Shown here one piece after another: positions 26,201-36,830 of a stretch of 64,000 bases of DNA. Source of the stretch: Octopus bimaculoides (Eukaryota); contig NC_069004.1 in assembly GCF_001194135.2 (NCBI RefSeq), positions 28,153,428 to 28,217,427 of the forward strand, written 5' to 3'. The notes under the pieces were generated by a model. The model was given only the letters and a program-made list of their open reading frames with translations. It did not search any database and was not told the DNA's origin. Within the stretch, counting starts at the first letter, position 1, and the number at the start of each line of letters is the position of its first letter. The translations under genes were made by a program, and so were the position numbers.

Positions 26201-26869
26201 TTAACCATGTTTTGTGATCCTTTTTTTCCCCTCCTATTCAATATACTTTGCCCAGACTTCCTTATTCTTTTCCATAAAGATCTACTTTCTATTTCCCTCC
26301 CTCCATTTCTTATCCCTAATCTAACAACCACTTCTACCTCTTGTATTGGCTTGCTTTATTGATAAGAGATCAATTACTGTTTCTTATGGCTATAAATTAT
26401 TTACAATCTGTTGTATATATATATTTATACAATCCTACAGTAACAGATATTTTATTAGTTTTCTTTATTGAAGAAAACATTTCTCACCTTCGGACTGCTA
26501 TAAATGTACTTGTTGGTGTCTATTTGTAGGGGTAATGTATTCTAAAGGGCCATTACATTTTTTTTATTTCTCCCTCTCTCTTTTTTACCTTTTTTTTTTT
26601 TTCTTCTTATTTATTTCCTTTTCCTCTCTCGGTATTGCTAATGTATTAATGACTACTGTTTTGTTTTTAGAACGCTGTTCTTTTCTGGAAATTAACTATT
26701 CAAATACATCATTATTACTCTGGCTTGATTGTTTCTATGCATGCGATTGCACCAAGCAGCGCTAATTAAAATGTTATAATGCTTTAATTAATCAGATACT
26801 TCTCTCAAAAGCAACTTATATTTAATTATTGTTTTGGTCTCAAGACTTAAACCATTTTCGTTTTATATA

Positions 26870-27016
26870 TATATATGTGTGTGTATGTGTTTGTGTGTGT
26901 ATCTCTATATATATGTGTGCGTGTATATATATGTCTAATCCATGCCAGAATGGACAACGGATATTAAATGATGATGATGATATGTGTGTGTATATATATG
27001 TGTATGTGTGTATATA

Positions 27017-27059
<43 letters not shown>

Positions 27060-27154
27060 ATGTGTGTATGCATATGTGTGTATGCATATGTGTGTGTATG
27101 TATGTATATGTATATATGTGTGTGTATGTATGTGTATATATTTGTATGCATATA

Positions 27155-27210
<56 letters not shown>

Positions 27211-27213
27211 TAT
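26870..27213. repeat. Compound (TA)/(TG)/(CA) microsatellite; similar tracts at about 46295-46480, 47510-47780, 48120-48465
   Basis: Direct reading. Confidence 0.92.
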
Positions 27214-27668
27214 CAATTTGATATGGGCGATTCTTTCTTGTATATTTTCTTGACTTGGGATTCATGGTCAAATGGCTGGGTGGAGTTGCGTGTAAAATTA
27301 CACAGATATGTGGGACACTAGTACATGAGAAATCAGAAGAGAAAAATGAGAAGACAGATGCAAGAAGTGGAAGGGTGAATAAAAACAGAAAGAGTCTTGT
27401 AGATGGAACTGAAAGAAGCATGTTTTTCAAAAAGAATAAACTGTGTGTTCAGAGCCTGGAGATTGCTTGAAAGCACAAGGTGTGCTTTAAAAACCTGCCT
27501 AGACACACGTCTTCAGAGCGAGAGTCTATTAGTAGCTTGTATCTTTGTACTGTGTACAGTGAACGATATCTCTCTCACTTGGAGTACTTTTTTTTGTTGA
27601 TCTTACCTTAACAGAACTGTAAATGCTCTCTCTGTCTTTTTTTCTCTCTTTCTCTGTATGTGTCTATG

Positions 27669-27717
<49 letters not shown>

Positions 27718-28199
27718 TATATATACTGGAGTGAACACATGTTACAATGAAGTAGAGAAATTTGAAAAGACAACACGAAACCGGGTATTTCTCCAAAATA
27801 CAATGTTTANNNNNNNNNNNNNNNNNNNNNNNNNNNNNNNNNNNNNNNNNNNNNNNNNNNNNNNNNNNNNNNNNNNNNNNNNNNNNNNNNNNNNNNNNNN
27901 NNNNNNNNNNNNNNNNNNNNNNNNNNNNNNNNNNNNNNNNNNNNNNNNNNNNNNNNNNNNNNNNNNNNNNNNNNNNNNNNNNNNNNNNNNNNNNNNNNNN
28001 NNNNNNNNNNNNNNNNNNNNNNNNNNNNNNNNNNNNNNNNNNNNNNNNNNNNNNNNNNNNNNNNNNNNNNNNNNNNNNNNNNNNNNNNNNNNNNNNNNNN
28101 NNNNNNNNNNNNNNNNNNNNNNNNNNNNNNNNNNNNNNNNNNNNNNNNNNNNNNNNNNNNNNNNNNNNNNNNNNNNNNNNNNNNNNNNNNNNNNNNNNN

Positions 28200-28252
<53 letters not shown>

Positions 28253-28499
28253 ACACACACATACTTGTTTGTTGATATTTGTTATGTGTTCGTAGGTGGA
28301 GAAGTACTCGAAGCATAACGGTAACATAGATGTTAGTCAGCCAACCACTTTATACACACACACACACACACCACTATTATACTTGTCAATCCAATTTTAC
28401 ATGCCTGATTGTTGTATTGTATTGTAATGTAGTCCCTTTGTTGTCAATTTTGGTAAATGACAAAATTCATCATCATCATCATCGTCATTAATATTAATT

Positions 28500-28661
28500 A
28501 AGAGTCATCCGCGCATAGACTCTTAACATTCAAATCCCTGCTGAGTTCAACTTAGCTTTTCATTCTTCCGGGAGTTGATTAAATAAGTACCAGTCAAATA
28601 CTGGTGTTGATGCAACTGACTAACCATTCCAAAATTTGAAATAATAATAATAATAATAATA

Positions 28662-28696
<35 letters not shown>

Positions 28697-29420
28697 GGCT
28701 TTGAACTTGTAGAATAGTTAGTATGCCGAGCAAAATACTAAGAGGCATTTCGTCTGTCTTTGCATTCTGAGTTAAAATTGTGCCAAGGTCATCTTTGCCT
28801 TTCAGCCTTTCGGGGGGTCAATACATTAAAATACCAATGAAACACTGGGATCGATATAACTGACTAGTCCCCTCCCCAAAAGTTTCAAACCTTGTGTCTA
28901 TAGTAGAAAGGATTGTTACTATTATTATTATTATTTTATGTTTGACTTTTGCTTTGCATTTGTACAAGTTGGATCCAAGTCTCACCCAGAGACCTCAAGA
29001 GACAACAAGTTAGAAGTTCATGTAGGTGTTATGCCTAGGGTACCATATATTTGGATTTGTACATAGTGTTGTTCTAGAGAATGTTTAAAAAACCATAAGA
29101 AAATTATGTGTTTGTTTTAAAATTTGATATCACATAGACTGTATTTTACGTAGGATATGGGCAGTTCCCATGAGCACTATCTTTTGAGTGAGCACTATCT
29201 TTTGAATTATTATTATTATTATTATGGTGATGAGCTGGCAGAATTGTTAGCACACCGGGCAAAATGCTTAGCAGTATTTTGTCTGTCTTCATGTTCTGAG
29301 TTTAAATACCACCAGGGTCAACTTTGCCTTTCATTGATAAATTAAGTACCAGTTGAGTACTGGGGGGGGTCAGTAATTGACTATCTTCCTCCCTAAAATT
29401 TCAAGTCTTGTGCCTATATT
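28500..29420 (+). mobile_element. Second SINE-B train (three copies) with the Dong-like fragment in one spacer
   Basis: Copies at about 28500-28630, 28695-28915, 29225-29420, joined by (TAA)/(TTA) runs. Confidence 0.75.
28934..29207 (-). mobile_element. 5'-truncated R4/Dong-like non-LTR retrotransposon 3' end inserted in (TAA)n
   Basis: Minus strand encodes IQKIVL-TQKIVL-MGTAHILRKIQSM* (stop at 29132-29130), resembling the QK..LLGTAHILRK C-terminus of R4/Dong ORFs. A 3' UTR runs into (TAA)n; (TAA)n on both sides. Confidence 0.65.
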
Positions 29421-29440
29421 TGTTTTTTTTTTTTTCTCCC

Positions 29441-29680
29441 TTTTAAAGCCTAGCCAGGCTCATGGGCCCGGTTTTCCGGTTTCAATGGCGTATGTGTTCC
29501 CCAGCTGGACGGGATGCCAGTCCATCGCAGTGTTACTCATTTTTGCCAGCTGAGTAAACTGGAGCAACGTGAAATGAAGTGTTTTGCTCAAGAACACAAC
29601 ACGTCGCCCAGTCCAGGAATCGAAACCACAATCTTACGATCATGATGCTGACACCCTAACCACTAAGCCACGTGCCTCCA
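29441..29680 (-). mobile_element. tRNA-derived SINE (GGAGGCACGTGGCTTAGTGG head), well preserved
   Basis: A/B boxes on minus strand and central CTTGAGCAAAACACTTCATTTCACGTTGCTCCAGTTTACTCAGCTG. Relatives at about 13041-13400 (-), 25160-25370 (-), 36990-37230 (+), 42835-43110 (+), 60057-60266 (+). Confidence 0.8.
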
Positions 29681-29845
29681 CTTGTGCTTATAGTACAAAG
29701 GATTATTATTATTATTATTCAGTAGTCATTTTTTTACATGCTTCCACTGCACTACTAAGTTCTATGCACATGTGTTGTGGTTTGTTTTGGTGCTATTATT
29801 ATTATTATTGTCATTATTATCATTATTATTGTTGTTGTTGTTATT

Positions 29846-29883
<38 letters not shown>

Positions 29884-29994
29884 AGCTGATCTCTATTTCA
29901 TTCATGTTGAAATTCTCATTTCCTCTTGTGTTTAAAGAATCTCTGAATCCTGTGAATTGTTGATATTATTCTAGTTGTTGTTCTTCTTATTGTC

Positions 29995-30210
29995 ATTCAT
30001 ATCACTTGACCTGACGTAATCACTTACTTTCCAACAGTTCGTCTAATCTTAAATGAACTGTCTTCACATTCGTCTGTATTTTTGTGCAAATTCTCCGAAA
30101 CTATTGTATCGGAAAGGTCAAACATATGTACGACAAGAACTGAACATAAATTCAAGTTTTGTCAGATACGATAAATGACTAATCGACTACAGCTAAAATG
30201 GTAAGTAGCT
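29995..30210. promoter_or_regulatory. Candidate bidirectional promoter / first-exon region
   Basis: Non-repetitive, 8 CpG in about 200 bp against a CpG-poor background. TGACGTAA at 30012-30019. Plus-strand donor AAAATG|GTAAGT after 30200; minus-strand donor AA|GTAAGT after 30028. Confidence 0.4.
30028..30125 (-). other. Candidate first exon of a minus-strand transcript (ATG-initiated, MFDLSDTIVSENLHKNTDECEDSSFKIRRTVG, phase 2)
   Basis: ATG at 30125-30123, open frame to a GTAAGT donor. No homologue recognised. Confidence 0.3.
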
Positions 30211-30360
30211 GTTGAAGAACAGCATTACCATTTTCTTGTAAATGATCTATTTTGATTATTTATCGTAATCAACACTAGCCAGAAAGTATCTCCACTTCCA
30301 TGAACCTGCAATTTGGCTTCACATGTAATCAGAGAAAACTTCAATCTCTCTTGCTCTGAG

Positions 30361-30417
<57 letters not shown>

Positions 30418-30974
30418 CTTCTCTAAAGCAAATTAAGATAGCCATTGTATTACAATCACAAAATGAAGTGTCATCAGGCTGTCAAGCTATTGAAATATGC
30501 GTTTTTACTTAAAAGCCTCCGAGAGACTCTTTAATGTGGTAAGCATTTTGTTTCTGAAATGTCAAATGCACAAGACAAACTATGGTCTATGGTCAATTGT
30601 ACTTTTAAGTTGGCAGTAGGTGAGTAGTGTTTCATTTGTTCACGTATGGTGTGGGCAGATGAGGTGGACGTGATAGTGGGGAACTATTTATGGTAAAGTA
30701 GCAAACTTTACTACTAATTTGAGATGAAGAAAACAGGTCCGTTCACTAAATGATGAGATGTGGGTGCAGGCGTGGCTGTGTGGTAAGGAGTTTGCTTCCC
30801 AACCACATGGTTCTAGGTTCAATCCCACTGTGTGGTACCTCAGGTGAGTGTCTTCTACTATAGCCTTGGGCCGACCAAAGCCTTGTGAGCGGATTTGGTA
30901 GACAGAAACTAAAAGAAGCCTCTGTGTGTGTACCATCAGTAGTTCATTTGTCCGAAAAAGAAGCACAAGCTGGA

Positions 30975-31063
30975 GCAACGTTTTACAAACATTTTTGTCG
31001 GGACCCATTTTATTTATTTCATGACCCACTGAAGGGTCAGAACCCACAGTTTGAAAAACACTA
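30975..31063. mobile_element. hAT (Charlie-like) transposon end
   Basis: Ends ACCCACAGTTTGAAAAACACTA followed by CTCTAGAG. Confidence 0.55.
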
Positions 31064-32431
31064 CTCTAGAGCATTAGAGCAGTAATACATTTTTTAGGAA
31101 GTTAATACTTATGGCTGGTCATAGACTGACCATTGGTTTTGTGCCTATAAAGTGCTTAGCAGTATAAGCGACTCAACAAACACAAATAGCCGACATCTAT
31201 TTCTTAATATATACATCATCATCTTTTAACGTCTGTCTCCCATGCTGGCATGGGTTGGACAATTTGAGAGGAGTTGGCGAGATAGAAGACTACACCAGGC
31301 TACTGTGCCTGTATTGGCAGGATTTTTACAGCTGGATATATATGGTGGAAAAAGGGGTTCTTGTGTCTGTGTTTCTCCCCTCCACTGCTTGACAACTGCT
31401 GTTGGTATGTTTTTGTCCCCATAACTTAGAGGTTCGAAGTACCAGGTCTTAAAAAATAATAAGTACTGGCATCGATTAATTTGACTGAAAAATTCTTCAA
31501 AGCGTTGCCCCAGTATGGTCGCGGTCTAATGACTGAAACAAGTCAAGGTAAAGTATTTTAGGGATTGATGGGGTTAGGCTACAGTAAAATTTTTAAAATT
31601 TTAGCTCTATACTGTCCTTCGTGAAAAAACTTTTATTGCCTTAAATATAACATAGGCATGGCCATATGGTTAAGAGGCTCACTTTACAAATGCATGGTTT
31701 CAGGTTCAATTCCACTGTGTGGCACTTTGGGAAAATATATTCAATAGCCTCAGGCCAACCAATTCATTGCAAGTGGAAACTCTGTGTGTGTGTGTGTTTA
31801 TGGTTGTCATCATCACTGATTTACAGCTGGTGTTGGTTTATTTGCATCCCTGTAACTTACCAGTTCAACAAAAATGGATCATTAGAATAAGCACCAGCCT
31901 TTAAAAAAAAAAAGTTTGAGTTGCTTTCTTCAACTAAACTCTTCAGTGTGGTGCACCAGCATGGTCGTAGTCTAATACTTGAAACAAGGGTAAATGATCA
32001 TCGAAATCATTGTCATCATTCTCTGTCTGTTTTTCCATACTGTCATGGATTGGACAATGACAACTATCATCATCATCATCATCATTATTTTGATGGCAGT
32101 TTTTTTTTTTGTCCGCCTTTGCTAGCATCTGCAAATGAGTTCGCAAAATGTCAACTTCCACCACATTTAGGTATTTCAGTTGGAACAGAACCCTCAAACC
32201 TTTTGTTTATAAGTGTAGGAATTTAATAGCCCACGTAACATGAAGATGCAAGTATATTTATCTGGAACACTCCATAAACTGTATGCATCTTTTAGCAAGT
32301 GTATATATATATATATATATATANNNNNNNNNNNNNNNNNNNNNNNNNNNNNNNNNNNNNNNNNNNNNNNNNNNNNNNNNNNNNNNNNNNNNNNNNNNNN
32401 NNNNNNNNNNNNNNNNNNNNNNNTATATATG

Positions 32432-32462
<31 letters not shown>

Positions 32463-32941
32463 GTGTATATGTAGCTTCTATGTATATAACATTAGAAATG
32501 GTGTATGCAAACACACCTGTATGTGTGGTAGTGATTAAGTATGGAAGAATACGAATTTATAGAAAGATGTTAAAAGCTTAAACTAATCCATGTTGTGAAA
32601 AGAATTCTCTTCCTCAAACCCCTCACCCCACCACCAACCCTATTTCTCCCCACGTCCCACCCCAGCCCCAAGACTTCTGAAGGTCCATTAAACTGATGCA
32701 CTTATCATTGTAACATGTGCATGGTATCTGAGAAGACGGTCTTTAATTTATATATTGTATGCAGAAAAACATTGTCTCTGAAAGTTGAGCTTCACTTCCA
32801 CTTCTCCACATATATCTAGATACGTATACATACACACATATATATGTGTACATAAATTGATGCACACATACATATATGTATATATACATACATATATAAA
32901 TCTACATGTGTTTATGCATGTGCATGTATATATATATCATT

Positions 32942-33235
32942 TCATTTTCATTTTATCTAGTTTCAGCTCATGAGCTCTGGCCATGCTGGGGCACTGCCAT
33001 TTGGTGTTGCTACACAATTTTACTTCATGAATTTTACTTCAGGAATTGACATTTGGTGCATGAGAGAGTTTGATGCAGCTGCTCTCATCTGCCCCTCCTG
33101 CCGTGAAGTTGGTTCATCTGGGACACCTGACAGGAAGTGGTTCAGCCTCATTCAAATATGGATTAGAAGCAACTCAGATACCCATACACAAGGTGTGTAT
33201 GCTGTTAGATCATCGGGTGGCTGCATTTTTTAGGC
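32942..33235 (-). mobile_element. CR1-like LINE 3' fragment
   Basis: Minus strand MRLNHFLSGVPDEPTSRQEGQMRAAASNSLMHQM resembles the FL..VPD.P...RAA.SNSL ending of invertebrate CR1-group ORF2. Tail GGCAGTGCCCCAGCATGGCCAGAGCTCATGAGCTGAAACTAGATAAAATGAAAATGAAA. Confidence 0.65.
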
Positions 33236-33468
33236 GTTAGAGAATATGATCTCAGTGCCCTCATTTTCTTGTTTCAATCACTAGACAGCAGCCATGCTGG
33301 GGCACCGCCTTGAAGAGTTTTAGTCAAACAGATCGACCCCAGCACTTATTAATTTTTGTAAAGCCTGGTACTAATTCTGTCGCTTTTGCCAAACTGCTAA
33401 GTTACAAAGATATAAACATGCCAGCACTGGTTCTCAACAGGTGGTGGGGGACAAACACATACACAAAG

Positions 33469-33501
<33 letters not shown>

Positions 33502-33599
33502 CATATATAAATTCAAAAATCAAATAAGTTATCATTATCTTTAAAATAATAATGATAAAGTAGCCAGCAAATATAACCAAATAGGCAAAATATATACTC

Positions 33600-34022
33600 T
33601 TTACTCTCTTTTACTTGTTTCAGTCATTTGACTGCGGCCATGCTGGAGCACCACCTTTAGTCGAGCAAATCGACCCCAGGACTTATTCTTTGTAAGCCTA
33701 GTACTTATTCTATCGTTCTCTTTTGCCGAACCGCTAAGTTACGGGGATGTAAACATACCAGCATTGGTTGTGAAGCTATGTTAGGGAGACAAACACAGAC
33801 ACAAACATACACACGCACATACGTATATATATNNNNNNNNNNNNNNNNNNNNNNNNNNNNNNNNNNNNNNNNNNNNNNNATATATATATATATATATATA
33901 TATATACGAGGGGCTTCTTTCAGTTTCCGTCTACCAAATCCTCTCACAAGGCTTTGGTCGGCCCAAGGCTATAGTAGAAGACACTTGCCCAAGGTGCCAC
34001 GCAGTGGGAATGAACCCGGAAC
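33600..34022 (-). mobile_element. SINE-A copy with assembly gap in its internal microsatellite
   Basis: Near-identical to the 56267 copy; N-run at 33833-33879. Confidence 0.88.
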
Positions 34023-34023
34023 C

Positions 34024-34147
34024 CTCACTATATGTAAACACGCATGGAGAATGTAGTAGATATACTAAAAAACAGTTGTCCCCATTCATAAAACTACAAA
34101 TGGGGACGAATTTGCTCCATTCTCCATGCATGTTTACATATAGTGAG
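34024..34147. mobile_element. 124-bp MITE-like hairpin, superfamily unassigned
   Basis: 30-bp terminal inverted repeats with one mismatch (CTCACTATATGTAAACACGCATGGAGAATG) and inner GTCCCCATT/AATGGGGAC pair; no TSD seen. Confidence 0.75.
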
Positions 34148-34322
34148 AGATGCGTAACTTTGGAGGGTTTTAACTCTTCTTTCTAGGTTTGCTCAAGGTT
34201 CCATGCAGTGGGACCTGAACCTGGAACCATGTGGTTGGAAAGCAAACTTCTTACCACAAGGCACACACTCTTTTATTATTTTTGATTGGCAGAAACTTAT
34301 AAAAGTGACTTGAGGGCTGAGT

Positions 34323-34495
34323 TCAGTTCTATATTTAAGAGAAGAGGAATTATTTACATTATTTACATTCGACGGATATTTGTCCTTATCTTGTTTGTTG
34401 TTAACACAACGTTTCGGCTGATATACCCTCCAGCCTTCTTCAGGTGTCTTGGGGAAATTTCAAACCTGGGTTCTCATTCCTAAGGTATTTTTCAA

Positions 34496-34530
<35 letters not shown>

Positions 34531-34809
34531 GTGTTCAGGCCACTGCTTGAAATCGAACTTGGATTCCTACGGCATATGGCGCAGTGGTTAAGAGTGCGGG
34601 CTACTAACCCCAAGATTCCAAGTTCGATTCCAAGCAGTGACCTGAACACTAATAATAATAATAATAATAACATCGAAAAATACCTTAGGAATGAGAACCC
34701 AGGTTCGAAATTTCCCCAAGATACCTGAAGAAGGCTGGAGGGTATATCAGCCGAAACTTGTTAACAACAAACAAGATGAGGAAAAATATCCATCAAATGT
34801 AATTAATGT
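34323..34809 (+). mobile_element. Foldback non-autonomous retroelement: tRNA-derived head + (TAA)n + Penelope-type hammerhead tail, preceded by an inverted 5'-truncated copy
   Basis: Arms 34356-34566 and 34614-34809 are inverted repeats (about a dozen substitutions). A box TGGCGCAGTGG 34577-34587, B box AGTTCGATTCC 34621-34631. Direct repeat TGAGGGCTGAGT at 34311-34322 and 34810-34821. Confidence 0.8.
34403..34448 (-). ncRNA. Minimal type I hammerhead ribozyme motif, intact core
   Basis: GACAC CTGAAGA A GGCTG gagggtatat CAGCC GAAACGTT GTGTT: stem I GACAC/GTGTT, stem II 5 bp, palindromic ACGT in place of stem III, predicted cut between 34408 and 34407. Confidence 0.75.
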
Positions 34810-35339
34810 TGAGGGCTGAGTATTTCATGCAAAGTACTTATCAAACAAGTAATTAAGCATTTTAATGAGTGCTGTGCTTTTGGCCTTTGAGTCACTTCTG
34901 TAAGTCAAGTGAATGGTCTTCAAAAAGAGCTTAGTAAAGGGAAACTGTGTAGAAGCCATATATATGTGTGTGTATCAAATATGTGTGTGTGTGTGTGTGT
35001 GTGTGTATCAAAAATATGTGTGTGTGTTTGCGTTTGTTCCTACCATTAGTTAACAACCTATGTTGGTTTGTTTATGTCTCCATAACTTAGCAGTTTGGCA
35101 AAAGACAGATAAAACAAGTTCCAGACTTTAAAATAAGTACCACAATTGATTTGGCCGACTAAAAACTATCGAGTGGTGCTCCAGCATGGCTGCAGTCCTA
35201 CAACTGAAACAAGTAAAAGATGATAAACAGTAAACAATAAAAAGACAGTTGGGTTTAATTTAATGGAAATGTAGCTGCTGTTTCTAGCTGCTTGAATGGC
35301 CACTCAGTGACTCCGTTGTTGACTTGCCATTAAAAACGT

Positions 35340-35520
35340 CGATGACGATAATGTGCTTCAGCGGATGTTGTCAAGAGTCCAGCCATGAACGGAACAGACT
35401 AGTGACAAAGATGGTGGTGAGTTCTTGTATATACAATGGTATAGATTACACAATGATTATAGATTGCTTGAGCCAGTTTGATGAAGCATGGATTGTGAAG
35501 TAAATATACAATTGTATAAT
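35340..35520 (+). mobile_element. Possible Gypsy integrase relic
   Basis: Stop-free stretch ...CIYNGIDYTMIIDCLSQFDEAW loosely resembles the Y.G..YL..VDYYSRF.E segment of Gypsy integrases; weak. Confidence 0.3.
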
Positions 35521-35658
35521 GATGGATATTGAGTACAGGTAGTTGGCACTCTACCACTTAGCTACTGTATTGATGGTGGATGGTGTGTGCGGAGACACGT
35601 AAGAGTAGCATATATGAACTGGCATAGGAAATAGCCTTCACCATTTATTTACTAATCT

Positions 35659-35742
<84 letters not shown>

Positions 35743-35777
35743 CAACTGTATATGTGTGTTTGAGTATCTTTATACAG

Positions 35778-35829
<52 letters not shown>

Positions 35830-35947
35830 TTATAGAATGTGCATAATAGATTATTGTGAAGTTCCTATTGACAGAAAAATTAATCTTGAATTACACACTG
35901 GCGGGTATGAAATTAGTTGTGAAACAATTAGCATACCCCACACATAT

Positions 35948-35981
<34 letters not shown>

Positions 35982-36244
35982 TCTTACTATTTTGTTTTCA
36001 CACACACACCCCAGCACTGCCAACACCACTACTGCCATGTCCGAGCTCTATTATTATAGATTTCCTTTATTTTTACCGCTCTTTTCTATTATTAACTCAG
36101 CTGCCTTGTATGCTTTACATGATGTACTGCTGCTAGACCAGAAGATCAATAACTAAAAGCATTCTGAGCTATACATTGTTATATGTAGAATTGTGTGTGT
36201 GTGTATGGAAAGTACTGAGGAATTTGAGCTTTACAGTTTATACA

Positions 36245-36293
<49 letters not shown>

Positions 36294-36439
36294 ATTTACT
36301 TTTCGTAATGAGATAAAAAAAACCTGGAGCTTAATTATGGTCCATTCTTAGCACTTACTCAGCATTACCTGAAACCTCTGGGTCTAATTGACACCATTAC
36401 CGCTCATAACCTATATATATATACATATATATATATATT

Positions 36440-36830
36440 CCAAGAGAGTTAGGGTTTGAGGATCCAATCCACTAAGGGATAATACATATCCAATATACTG
36501 CTGGGAGGATACCCAATTATTGTTACACTAGTGTTATACCAAGTGCAATAAGTGGGTGCGGGTAAAAGGGGGTTGTTTTACCCTAAATTTATATAGCAAT
36601 AAGAAAATGGAGGGGAATATGAGGTACCCATCAACTTGCAGACACGGTATTCTGTTGATTAATCTGTTTATTTTATAACCAAAATGACAAAAAAAAACAA
36701 TATACAGACACTTATGACATACCATGTCATATCCACAATTAAGATTTCAAATTTAAAGGACATTTAGCAATTGGAGAAGGGACAAAATCTTACAGCTGTT
36801 TCGGCCTAGCGTTGGCATACCTTACTTTTG
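36440..36830 (-). mobile_element. Possible Penelope-type terminal fragment with half hammerhead
   Basis: Minus strand GGCCGAAAC AGCT GTAAG at about 36786-36806 (GAAAC + palindromic tetramer + GTA); the CTGANGA half is not recognisable. Confidence 0.3.

Noticed and set aside
27255-27600. Protein-looking ORFs between microsatellites
   Set aside because: Frames are short and interrupted, there are no splice signals or recognisable domain; probably a decayed retroelement.
34571-34640. tRNA gene calls for tRNA-like heads (also 59362, 29680, 42835)
   Set aside because: No complete cloverleaf or acceptor stem; each continues into a SINE body.
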